Source of the DNA: Octopus bimaculoides
Taxonomy: Eukaryota
Length of the DNA: 33,024 bases
Direction: 5' to 3'
NCBI RefSeq assembly: GCF_001194135.2
Contig: NC_068986.1
Coordinates: 29,757,451 to 29,790,474, forward strand
The notes beneath the pieces are model-generated. The model was not told the DNA's origin. It searched no databases and worked only from the letters and a program-made list of their open reading frames with translations. Made by a program: the position numbers and the translations under genes. This document shows, piece by piece, positions 22,413-33,024 of this stretch (position 1 is the first letter of the stretch; each line of letters begins with the position of its first letter).

Positions 22413-22704
22413 GAATCCCACCGAGGTCAACTTTACCGTTCATTCCTCGCGGGGGGTCTTTAAAATAAAGTACCAACCAAGTACTCAGTCGTTGTTATCG
22501 ACCAACTCCATTTCCTCAAAACTACTTGGCTTTTTTTCCCTTATTATTATTATTATTATTAGTTGAAATTCCGCCGAGGTCGACTTTGCCTATCATCCTT
22601 TCGGGGGTCGATAAAATAAAGTACCAGTTGAACACTGGAGTCGATATAATCGGCGAGTCCTCTGCCCCAACATTTCAGGCCTTGTGCCTATCGTTAGAAA
22701 GGAA
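22413..22704 (+). mobile_element. two tandem 5'-truncated family B SINEs in gro intron 1, separated by (TTA)n
   Basis: Older copy about 22413-22535 (CCACCGAGGTCAACTTTACCGTTCATTCC..). Better-preserved copy 22566-22704 (AAATTCCGCCGAGGTCGACTTTGCC..GGCCTTGTGCCTATCGTTAGAAAGGAA). Confidence 0.8.
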
Positions 22705-22978
22705 CAGTTTCCCATTTCTCTCTTATACGAAGTTTTAAATAATCTTAACAGCGGATAAATGTGTGTGTAGTGACTAAGTTAATTGTAAATACACATAGGA
22801 CGAATAAACAGTTGATTACACTTAGCCATTCCATTGACTAATTAATCTGTGCATATTCTATTGCTTCTTTCACCTACCTATCATCACATCACCCCCTTTT
22901 TTCTTATTGTTTAACTTTAAGTGTGTGTGTGTAAGTGTATTTAGTGTGTTGTGTGTAAATATTTTCCTATCTTTTTAG

Positions 22979-23076
22979 AATCCACATCAACCTGGGCAGC
23001 CGTTCAAGTTCACAGTTGCTGAATCATGTGACAGAATCAAAGAGGAATTCAGTTTTTTACAAGCACAGTATCACAA
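22979..23076 (+). CDS. gro: groucho/TLE coding exon 2 ([32 protein letters not shown] + 2 nt)
   Basis: 98 nt, with acceptor ttttcctatctttttAG and donor GTGAGT at 23077. The translation is the hallmark Q-domain start ([21 protein letters not shown]). Too short for the ORF track; found by reading the sequence. Confidence 0.97.
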
Positions 23077-24425
23077 GTGAGTGGGTTTTTTTTTGTTATT
23101 GCATATATGCATGTCGTCTAAATATAAATATATATATATAGTGTGTGTGTGTTAAGTACATAATGCAATAAATATATATTGTGTATATATATGAATACAT
23201 GCGTGTGTGTACGGCTCAGTCCCTCAAAGTACCTGTTTATTCTTTTGTGTGTGTGTGTGTAATTTCACACTCAAAAGCGCAAATGTATCCTTGGAGCTAG
23301 GCTTTCCCTGGAAGACTGTCTGGGAATTTTCGTGCCCGCTATAAACGAGTTTTTGTTTGTCTAAGAGAACAAGGAACTGTGTGTTCGTGTGTAGCAGCCA
23401 GCTAACCCTAAAGTGCTCGAGTAGAATAGGAAATAAATGTTTGATAGGCGACTAAAATTTTGTCTTTTAAGTAGCTTTAGACCAGAATATAGCAAGGTGA
23501 GATAGATAGGCAGAGATCAGAGATAAATAGATAGACAGAGAGAAATAGATAGATAGATAGATATTTAGATGGGAAATTACTAGATGTATGTGATCTGCTG
23601 GATTTGTGTTCGTGTGAGTAAATTCTGGCCGATGTTGGATTTGAAGGTGTTTGTGTTTAACAGACCTTGATGTGGAGAGAGAATTATAAAAACGAAAACA
23701 AAGAAAACTGATATTGAATGAGTTAATAAATATATATATGTATATATATATGTATATATAGCAGGAGGGTGTTCGAGAGTCAGTCAGGCATTTATTTCAT
23801 TGTGTATTAGTTTCTGAACCGCTTACTTACTAGTAACTAGCAAATAGAGCATGACAAATTAATACTAGTTTATGGCAGTAACATGGGTGGATGGGTGAAT
23901 GCTTCCTGTCGACTTTGATGATAACACTATAGCTATCAATTATTTGATTACTCTTCGCCGTCCCCGCCAACACTGCTTCTGCTGGTGTCGCTGTTCGTTA
24001 TCGTTAGTAAATATTGTTGTGGTTATTGTTGTTGTTGTCCAGTTTTAATGTGTGTTATTAATTACGAATGGCTTATGAGGACGGGAAGTGAAATGGATGG
24101 GTAAATTTGATGATAGTGCTAATAAATTAAGTTTTTCACCCATTTGTAATTATAATGCTATTGTTGTCTTAACCTATTTCGTTTTATTTATGAAATCTTT
24201 TTTATTCTGTTCACTTCTGTCATTTCCTCTCTTTTTTCTTCTCTCCCTCACTCACCCCCGTCTCCACATTATTATTTTTATTACTGAAACTATCATAATA
24301 GTTAAACATTACACACTGTTCACCGTTGTTGACCAACTGACTACATGTTAAGTGTGTCCGATTGATCACATCTACACACTACATACACTCTTTAACCTTC
24401 CTTTGTGTGTGTGTGTGTGTGTGTG

Positions 24426-24468
<43 letters not shown>

Positions 24469-26480
24469 CACACGTACACAGTATATTTTTATCCTACTTC
24501 TCATCTTAAAAATCACTATTTCTTTATTGATTTCGTATGTGTATATAATATACTGTAGTCTGTGTGTGCAATCTATATGGCTGTGTGTATATACACACAC
24601 ATATATATGTGTGTGTGTGTGTGCGCGCGCGTATATATTTATGTGTACGTGATATAAATAAACCATTTCATGATTCACCATTCATTCGTCTGTCTACATC
24701 TTTCCGTTTTCCATTTGAGAGAAATCAATCTCTCTTCACCCAACCATCTTTCTCGATAGACCGTTTTTGTTGCTGTGATTGTTGTTGTTGCCATTATTAT
24801 TATTATATGTGATTAGACTATACCACTTGTGAAATGTGCCGTGTATTTATACGCAGCTATATTTAGACTATCTCATTTCGCCTGACAAATTAATCTACCT
24901 TGGGTTGGCGGCGGCGGCCCAAGTAGTTGTTCAAAAACCAGCAGAAGTGATGGAAAAAAAGAAAAGAAGAATGAGAGGGGTTTTTGTGGCGCTTTTAATG
25001 TGTGTGTGTTGTGTGAGAGAGAGAGCATGATGGAAACGTAGTGTTATCTTCCATCTACTGTATGTGTGTGTGTATTTTAGTTACCGCTTAAATGTATGTT
25101 TGTTTAATACAATTACTACTCCACTGATGTATTGCATTTTTGCCACTGGATAAATATTTATATATGTGTGTATATGTATATATATGCACATATATGTACA
25201 TAGCAAAAGATTTATGTATGTATATATAGATATATATGTGTGTGTGTGTATGTATGTATGTATTCATCCATAAAATGCATCAGTAGTGTGTGTGTGTTCT
25301 ATTGGCTTTCACCTTCCCCTATCTCTCATACTCTATTAATGTGCTTGCTTGTCCGTTTGGTTCTCGTGCGCCCTCTCATCCCTCCTCCTCCTCCTTTCTA
25401 ATACTTCTTCTTCCTTCTCCATCCCTCCTTCGCTCGCTTTATTTTCCCCCCTCCCCATGTTTGTTTCCCCGTCACCATCTCACCACCACCACCACCACCA
25501 CTACTACTTCACCGCTGCTGCCACCATTTACTTGTGCTGCCGTTCTACAGAATTATTGTTAACGATGTACTAAAGGAAGAGAAAGTGTCTGCAGCGAGCG
25601 AGCATGAAGCGATGGTGGTGACGGCGAAGGAGGAAACACAAGAAAGAACAAGGACTCGTGTGCATGTATGCGTGTGTGTGTGTTTTATAATGTGTGAGAG
25701 AGGGAGAATGAGGAGAGTTGGATTGGAACAAGAGCGATACACTCACTCGTTCGTTTTATTGATCTCTTATTCTGAAGTAGCGTTCTTCTAATTTCTCAAA
25801 TTAACGCCTTTCAATAAACCGCTATTCCATCGCATCCTTTCTTTTCATCCCCGCCGTCCCTCCTCACTCTCCCTCACTACTTATATACTCTCTCTTTCCC
25901 CTTCTCTCTCTCTCTCTTTCTATCTATCTATATACCTATATCTATCTGCACACATTCATACATGCAATCACTCGCTTCGTGTCTCCATGACTTCCAATAT
26001 ATTCAACGATTTTTATTTACTCTTCTCCGCCGCTCTTCCCCGTCTCTCTCTCTCTCTCACATATCTTTACAATATATATATAAACATAGGTTCTCATTAA
26101 ACAATTTTAAATAAATCATTTCCCTTTCCCGTCTCTTGCTCAGAATATGGACGTTCTTTTTCACTTTATACATATATAAACTTCGATGTTATATTTTTAC
26201 GACTATTATTGCTTCATAGTTGAAGAAATAACATCGTTGATTACTGGAGTAAAATATCTCCAATTAACACTTAATTAACCGCTTTAAGTAGGTCAAATTT
26301 AAATGAACGGTTCTTCACTCACAGACACGTAGGAACACATGTCTGTAGACTTGTGTTTATTACACGCTGCCAGCCGCCGTACTTAACTAGTGGGGGTCGC
26401 CACTATTTGTTCAAATAACTGCTTTCCTTGCTGAATCACAGAAAGAAAAAAGCACAATTCCTGTATGTAACAGTGACTTG

Positions 26481-26905
26481 TCTTTCATACCGGTTTCAGT
26501 CATTGGACTGCGACCATGCTGTGACACCGCTTTGAAGAGTTTTAGTCGAACGAATCGGCCTCAGTACATAACATTTTCTAAAGCTTGGTGTTTATTCTAT
26601 CGGTCACGTTTGTTTGTCGAACCGCTACGTTTCGGCTGCGTAAACAGATCAACACCGGTTGTTAAGCGATGATGGAGAACAAACACATACACGTGTGTGT
26701 TTATTCATTTAAAAGAAGAACATGGAGATTGGGAAGTTTAATAGTTTAATTATTAACAGCAAATTGGTCATCGTATGTATATATACGACGAGCTTCTTTC
26801 AGTTTCACAAAATCCACTTACAATGATTTGGTCGGTCCGGTTTTCGTAGAAGACACCCAAGGTGTCACAAAATGGGACTGGACCCAGGAGCATGTGGTTG
26901 GGATG
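26481..26905 (-). mobile_element. diverged SINE family C in gro intron 2
   Basis: TTTCAGTCATTGGACTGCGACCATGCTG..GAACCGCTA..GTTAAGCGATG, then after the repeat CGACGAGCTTCTTTCAGTTTC..AGAAGACACCCAAGGTGTCAC..CATGTGGTTGGGA. Confidence 0.75.
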
Positions 26906-27252
26906 AATTTTATGATTGTTGACGCTATCTTTAAGTATATTCGTAACAGGGAGCATCGCCGCCTTGATAGAATTGCTTACCCCCGGACAAAGCAAGTTGA
27001 CAGCAAGCCAGAGCATACATAGAGTGGCCCCGCAGACAATTGCCCAACAAGTTCGAGCCGTAAGGTTGCATTACTTGTGGTCCAACATTGCGATTTACGC
27101 CAGTGTGTGTGTGTAATACGACCGCCATTCGTGGTTCGAGCTATGACCTGGTATTATACAGCATATCTTTTGCTAAATTGTCTTTTAGGAGGACCGTGTA
27201 GTCGCGAGTGAACAATTGGCACCATCTCGATTCTCTCAGCTTTGGACTCAAT

Positions 27253-27414
27253 GGAGGGGAGTTTGCACTCCACCACCTGACTAGTACTGGATTTTTGTTG
27301 AATCCGGTAAGGATGAAACGCAAAGCTGCCTTCGGTGGGATTTGAGCTCAGATCCTGAGCAAATAACGCCGGCCTTTTTCTCCGGTGCTCTATCGATTCC
27401 ACCAACTAACCACC
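27253..27414 (-). mobile_element. old family B-like SINE
   Basis: TAGTACTGG..AAGGATGAAACGCAAAG..TTCGGTGGGATTTGAGCTCAGA..TATCGATTCCACCAACTAACCACC aligns by eye to the reverse complement of family B. Confidence 0.55.
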
Positions 27415-27418
27415 GCGC

Positions 27419-27460
<42 letters not shown>

Positions 27461-27533
27461 ATGTTTACATATATAGGTGTGTTTGTGTGTTCAGGATAAA
27501 TAGTGAAAAGGCAATTTATTCCGAGTCTTGCTG

Positions 27534-27573
<40 letters not shown>

Positions 27574-27828
27574 CGGAAAATGTTATTCGTTATTACAATA
27601 GATGTTTGCTCTTTATATTTACACGTCGATCGATGAATGCACATACACACAATGTAAACATGTGTGCTGTTATATACGTACTTCCCGTGTGTGTGTATGT
27701 GTGTGTGCAGTGTTCCATACCTGCTCAACTACATTATGAGTGTGGGGGGTGAAACATGTAATGGGAACTGGATGTTCGGTTTTTATTGATCCATTATACT
27801 GAACCAACAGCACATTCCCCCATTACTG

Positions 27829-27888
<60 letters not shown>

Positions 27889-28291
27889 AATTGTTAAGTT
27901 TAGTGCTTCTTTTTCGTCACCATGTCTCTCTTCTCTTCGAAATATCCAATGTACTATAAAACAGCTATTTATATGGATGTGTATATACAGATAGTTGTAA
28001 GTAGATAAATAATTGTGTGTATAGATAGAATAAAAGATGTATATATGGATAGAGTAATGGGTGTATATAACTAGCCAGAGTAATAGGTGTGTGTGTGTGT
28101 GTTGATAGTTTTATGGATATAAATATTAATAAAAATGCTATTCTCTTCAATTTGTCTTAATTTTTTTTGCCTCCTATTTTAAATATCATTTTGGTGTTTT
28201 TGTTGTCGGTGTGTGTGTGTGTGGTATTTTATGAAATTGTCTTATCTTAATTGATCCCGAAAGCTAAAATGGTGTTATCTTTATTTTGTAG

Positions 28292-28355
28292 TCTCAAGAT
28301 GGAATGTGAAAAACTTGCACAGGAAAAAACAGAAATGCAACGACATTACGTCATG
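28292..28355 (+). CDS. gro: groucho/TLE coding exon 3 ([N]LKMECEKLAQEKTEMQRHYVM)
   Basis: 64 nt, with acceptor ttattttgtAG and donor GTAAGT at 28356. AA from exon 2 plus T makes Asn, restoring frame. LK.ECEKLA.EKTEMQRHYVM is conserved in Gro/TLE and is visible inside track ORF 28251..28523. Confidence 0.97.
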
Positions 28356-28359
28356 GTAA

Positions 28360-28409
<50 letters not shown>

Positions 28410-29194
28410 TATATATATATAAAATGTGTGTCTGTGTGTATATATATATATTTATATATACATATATATAATTTGGTTTCTGTGAAGAAGTTGAGTTTTT
28501 CTGGTGGTGTACTTGGAGTTTAGTGGCCAAGTGCTCTTCTATATACACTTGATCAACTCAAGAAGCACGAGTCTTTCTTAATGCTTAGGTTTGTCCTAAT
28601 TTCAGAAGTTAAGTGGGTAGAGTGTGGTTGGAAATCATATGTGCAGTTAGATAAGAGGTCATTCATAGTATCCCAAGATACCACAGTGTTGGTTCTGTGT
28701 TCGAACCATGGGTTGGCTTGCCTGAAAACTTCATGAAGGAATGATAAGATAAGTTCCTGTAATATGCTAACATTTTTCAGTTTTCTCTGTTTCGATCTCT
28801 TTCGAGTTGTACTATGAACCAACACGAAAATTACCTTTCATTATACATATTTATATAAAGTGAAAACATCTGGTGATGAACTCAATAGGCTGTGATAAGT
28901 AGATATTTATTTATCAAAATTGACAGTCTGGTCTTGAGTTTCCCTCTTAGTTCGAGTGAACAGCCCAGCTAAGGGTGAAATTCAGTGTACAGCCCATTTC
29001 AGCATGGAACATGGAGGCTAAATGGTGTGTGTGTGTGTGTGTAAAAATAAAATTAGGTATTGTCACTGCACACCTTTCTTAGTACTCAAAGGTTATCTTT
29101 AAGAACTTTGTTGGTCTCTCTCGGTTTGCTGTGTGTAAAACTTAGAGAGAATTTTGTCTATCAAAACCTTTTAATATCCAATCTGTTTTTATTT

Positions 29195-29322
29195 CACCAT
29201 TCACTCAGTCTTTGAGTTGCTGCTTTGTTGAGGTACCACCTGGATGGGTTTAGTCAAACAAATGCACCTTATTTTTAAAGATGGTACTTACTTATTCTAT
29301 CTGTCTCTTCTGCCAAACTGCT
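29195..29322 (-). mobile_element. family C 3'-half fragment
   Basis: TTAGTCAAACAAAT..GTACTTACTTATTCTATCTGTCTCTTCTGCCAAACTGCT matches 12118-12200. Confidence 0.55.
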
Positions 29323-29883
29323 GATTCAGTCACACCGTTTATCAGTTTCCATTTCCCCATCAGGGAAGTGTTTCTGTTTCTAAGGGAGGGTAACTATTGA
29401 TGTTTGGGGCAGGACGAAAGAATTACTATGGTTGATGAATTCTATAGATGCAAACTACCTTAGGGGGAGAAGTATAACAAATTTGCTTTCCCATGGAGGT
29501 TGCAGGATCTTGTCAGTTTAAGGGAACACCTAATAGGTTAGGGGTCTCTATTAACATTGATACACTGGGTGGGAAATATCAGCATTTGGTCTGGTTGCTG
29601 TTTTAAAGTCTTTCAGACTTTCCAATATGTAGTTTACCTTCCTGTCTACTGCGGAATTGATTTTGCTTTCAACTATTGATATGTTTGGCTGGTGTACATA
29701 CATTGTCCATCTTCCTTTGATTTTTTCATTGTTTCAGTTTACACGTGTTTTTGTGCTGTGTGTATTAAGTTTCGAATATTAGGTTTGTTGGCATTCTGTG
29801 TAATCTTAGCAATATTGCATAAGCTGTTTAAAACAACTTTAGCCATAAGTATATCTTGGTAGCATGCAAAAGTACCCATTACA

Positions 29884-30033
29884 CTTTCAGAGTGATTGGC
29901 CTTAGGAAGGGCATCCAGACGTAGAAACCCTGCCAAATCAGACTGAGGTCTGGTGCAACCTCTCAGCTTACCAGCCCTGGTCAAACTGTTCAACCCATGC
30001 CAGCATGGACAACAGATGTTAAATGTTGATGAT
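29884..30033 (+). mobile_element. 3' end of a retroposon (family E) with a (GAT)n tail
   Basis: AGGAAGGGCATCCAGACGTAGAAACCCTGCCAAATCAGA..CAACCCATGCCAGCATGGACAACAGATGTTAAATGTTGATGAT. Recognised as a SINE/LINE-type 3' end; single copy in this window. Confidence 0.55.
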
Positions 30034-30217
30034 ATATTAGTGCGGTACAATTGTAAATAAAGTTGAATGCCTGCTGCAAGTCATGAGAAGCTGCTCTCAA
30101 GCTACAAATAGTTTCTCAACAGTGTTTGAATTTGAAATTAATTTATAATGTAGAATGACAAATCTTAGTTGTTCTGGACTGAGTGAACAAGACATAGGAT
30201 GCACACCTATCTGCCTG

Positions 30218-30691
30218 TGTGTTTTTCAATTATTGCACTGCGATCATTCTGGGGGTACCATCTTGATGGGTTTAGTCAAACAAATTGTCTCCTGTATTTA
30301 TTTTCAAGTCTGTGGTACTTATTCTATTGGTCCATGGCATAATTGCTAAGTCATGAAGACAAACCAAAACAAGTTGTCAAGCATTGGCGGGACGCACACG
30401 CACACACACATATATGCAACGGGCTTCTTTCAGTTTTGTGTCTACCAAATTCACTCATAAGACTTCGATCGACCAGTGCTATAATAGCAGAAGACACCTG
30501 TCCAAGGAGCCACGTTGTCGGACTAAACCTGAAACCATTTGGCTGGGAAGCAAGCTTTTTACCACACAGCCGTGTCTGCGCGCACAACGGACTTCGGCAT
30601 TTTCCGACTCCCAAACGCCACTAACAAATACATCGAAACCGAAACTATTTGGTTGTGAACTGAACTTCTTAACCACGCAGCCATGCCTGCG
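30218..30691 (-). mobile_element. diverged full-length family C (30218-30581) plus a second isolated head (about 30638-30691)
   Basis: GGGCTTCTTTCAGTTTTGTGTCTACCAAATTCACTCATAAG..GAAGACACCTGTCCAAGG..GCAAGCTTTTTACCACACAGCCGTGTCTGCG; second head CTTCTTAACCACGCAGCCATGCCTGCG. Confidence 0.75.
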
Positions 30692-31091
30692 AAAATCAGT
30701 TTCATAAAAACGTAACACCTTGTGTTAAATACAAAAGTTAGTCTGAATTAATCCTAATCTTGTGATAGTTATCTTAACAAAAATGTCAAGATCTTGTTGA
30801 GTAGAGCATTTCGAGTTTTCTTTATCAGTCATTATCATTATTCACTGGTTCATTGTACAAATCATTTCAAATTATTGTTATATCTTGTGCTTGTGTTCAT
30901 TTGAAATTTTGACCGACATTTTCGCGTGTGTGTGTGTGTGTGTGTGTGTGATAGAGATTTCCTTATTTTTGCCCTGGTGGAAGGAGTTCACCGAACCCTG
31001 AGAATGTCTTCAAGAACTGATACGATAGAAGAGTAAAGCGAAATAGATGTGCTTAGTGTTTGTTAGAGGTTAAAACACATTGAATTAAACA

Positions 31092-31219
31092 TACCAACCA
31101 CATGGTTCCGGGTTCAGTCCCACTGCGTGGCACCTTTGGCAAGTGTCTTCTACTATAGCCTCGGGTCGACCAAAGCCTTGTGAGTAGATTTGGTAGACGG
31201 AAGCTGAAAGAAGCCCGTC

Positions 31220-31254
<35 letters not shown>

Positions 31255-31261
31255 TGTGGGG

Positions 31262-31315
<54 letters not shown>

Positions 31316-31496
31316 CCCCAACATCGCTTGATAACCGATACTGGTGTGTTTACATCCCAGTAACTTAGCGATTCGGCAAAAGAGACCGATAGAATATGTA
31401 CTAGGCATCCAAAGAATAAGTCCTGGGGTCGATTTGCTCGACTAAAGGCGGTGCTCCAGCATGGCCGCAGTCAAATGACTGAAACAAGTAAAAAAG
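31092..31496 (+). mobile_element. young, 5'-truncated SINE family C in gro intron 3
   Basis: Near-colinear with the reverse complement of 12062-12500, from TACCAACCACATGGTTCCGGG to GAAACAAGTAAAAAAG. Confidence 0.9.
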
Positions 31497-33024
31497 TATA
31501 TATATATATATATACGTGTAAAATATAACCGAATTACACTGTATACTGCAAATTAATTCCTGGTCAGATGAGTTTTTAATTCTAGGAAATCATACACACA
31601 GAAGCACCACTGAAGTGTTTTAATTAGTTATTAAGTATTATCATTTTCAGCAGCTTGCCATAAATAATTGTGAAAATATTTACATAGCCGGATTAGGACG
31701 ATTAATCCGATCCGATTGAACGAGAAGCCGGTTGTGGTGGGGCTAAGTTTTTTAGATGAGAGTTAATGCCGACTTGTTTTTGTCGATTAATTTTCATCTG
31801 ATTCTAAGTCAATTGCTGAGATTATTTGCAAGTTTGTCGGTCCACCTTCCCTCCTTCGTTTTACTGTTTGGGTAGATAATAAAGTTTTACGATCCGTTCT
31901 GGTTACTGAAAGGAAATACCTTTTGGTCGTTGCAGTTGCCCTAGAAATCATCTTTGTGTCTGTTGGAAGATGTGGAAGAAAAAAGCTTGTTTGATAATGA
32001 ACGTGAAGGATCATATGTTTATAAATAACATGGTGTGTGTAAATATAATTGTAGTTTTGATGAATGTCTGGTTAGTTTATGTATTTGATTTTCTGGGGAT
32101 TCAGTAGTATTTTCCATCAAGCTGACTTAAAGCGAGCGGCTGGCTATTATTCTATTGTTTATGCTCTACTACTATGTCTACGACGAACAAAACACACTCA
32201 GAGCCCTACTATCATTCACTATATTGTTATTTATATATCCTTACAAACTCACCAAGTTTGATCTTTCTGGGACTTTATATAATCTTTTAAATATTTTCTT
32301 TATATATTTTTCTTTTTGTAAATATACCAAAGATGAATATATTTATTTATTATCACCGTCATAACAGAATTAGTTGGAGGGAAATCCCTGTGTTTAACCG
32401 TAAATGTCTCCCACAACACGCTTTCTGCTAATGGTTCCCGACGCCATTTATTTCATTCCCGGCAACAATGAAAATCCCAAGATTATTATGAAATGACCGA
32501 TTATTATTATTATTAGTTACTTTTATTAGATTATTACTATTGATAGAGATGTTTGTAGTTTCCCTATTATTCATGATGATGTTATTTGTATAGAATGTAC
32601 AGCTCAGTTAGTCAGCATCCTTATTAGTTTTATAGATTTTAAGTGGTTTCCCAGACCTAAAGTAATAAGTGTTCGCACATGGTCATTTCTATTTCTCTAT
32701 CTCTTTTCTGTCATTTATTATTTTTTACTTACTAATCTCATACAAATTAATCGCTTTTGTTTTCTTTTTATAATAATTTTATAAAGAGCTTTAAAATTTT
32801 TCCAGTTATGTGTCACAATAAGTATCTTTATGACGGTTGCGTTTTTAAAAACCGGTTTTGGTTATTATTTAGATGAATAATAATAATAATGATAGCAATC
32901 CTTTCCAACCATATGTTAAGTGGGGAAGAAAATTAAAAAAAAACGTGTGTAAATGTGAGCCTTCCTCCTTTTGTCTTCAGATGTTTTACTGTTCCCGACA
33001 ACTCATTTGTTTTACATTCTTTGT

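Larger units (their letters stand above)
28356..33024 (+). other. gro: groucho intron 3, running past the window end (the expected YYEMSYGLN.EMHKQ exon was not found)
   Basis: Donor at 28356. I found no acceptor-flanked match to the next conserved exon in the remaining 4.7 kb. Confidence 0.75.

Noticed and set aside
23913-23919. TCF/LEF site CTTTGAT in intron 2
   Set aside because: A single 7-mer is expected by chance in a window of this size.
27758-27826. Possible pre-miRNA hairpin (GTAATGGGAA..TTCCCCCATTAC)
   Set aside because: Pairing needs several asymmetric bulges of 2-4 nt, and I recognise no known miRNA seed.
28251-28523. Track ORF of 90 aa as a standalone gene
   Set aside because: Only the central 64 nt are gro exon 3; the rest is intron sequence.
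32484-32513. YYEM peptide resembling the start of gro exon 4 (YYEMSYGLN..)
   Set aside because: It continues TDYYYY* into a (TAT)n repeat, and the nearest AG is two bases out of register. Coincidental.
2071-33024. Dozens of ORFs rich in CV, YI, HT or LS dipeptides
   Set aside because: Translations of (TG)n, (TA)n, (CA)n and (CT)n microsatellites, several of them read through N-gaps.

Overview
Eukaryotic, AT-rich, microsatellite-dense animal DNA with seven N-gaps. The SINE repertoire points to Octopus (inference; not confirmed by search). The only protein-coding gene I can support is the 5' end of groucho/TLE on the + strand. Three coding exons (21241-21261, 22979-23076, 28292-28355) splice through canonical GT-AG introns into [61 protein letters not shown], the start of the Gro/TLE Q domain. 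The gene continues beyond the window. The ~21 kb upstream contains no recognisable exon and is filled with several SINE families (some nested), decayed satellites, a 126-bp fold-back element and a Penelope-like tail carrying a degenerate minimal hammerhead ribozyme motif. Two promoter/enhancer-like islands (16.8-16.9 kb and 19.9-20.07 kb) share a motif set (CACGTG, TGANTGACAG, CCAAT), and two short uORFs precede the gro start codon. Nearly all ORFs in the supplied track are artefacts of simple repeats or SINEs. I found no evidence of a new multi-gene system; the most interesting signals are regulatory and retroelement-level. SINE families are labelled A-E here for convenience only.
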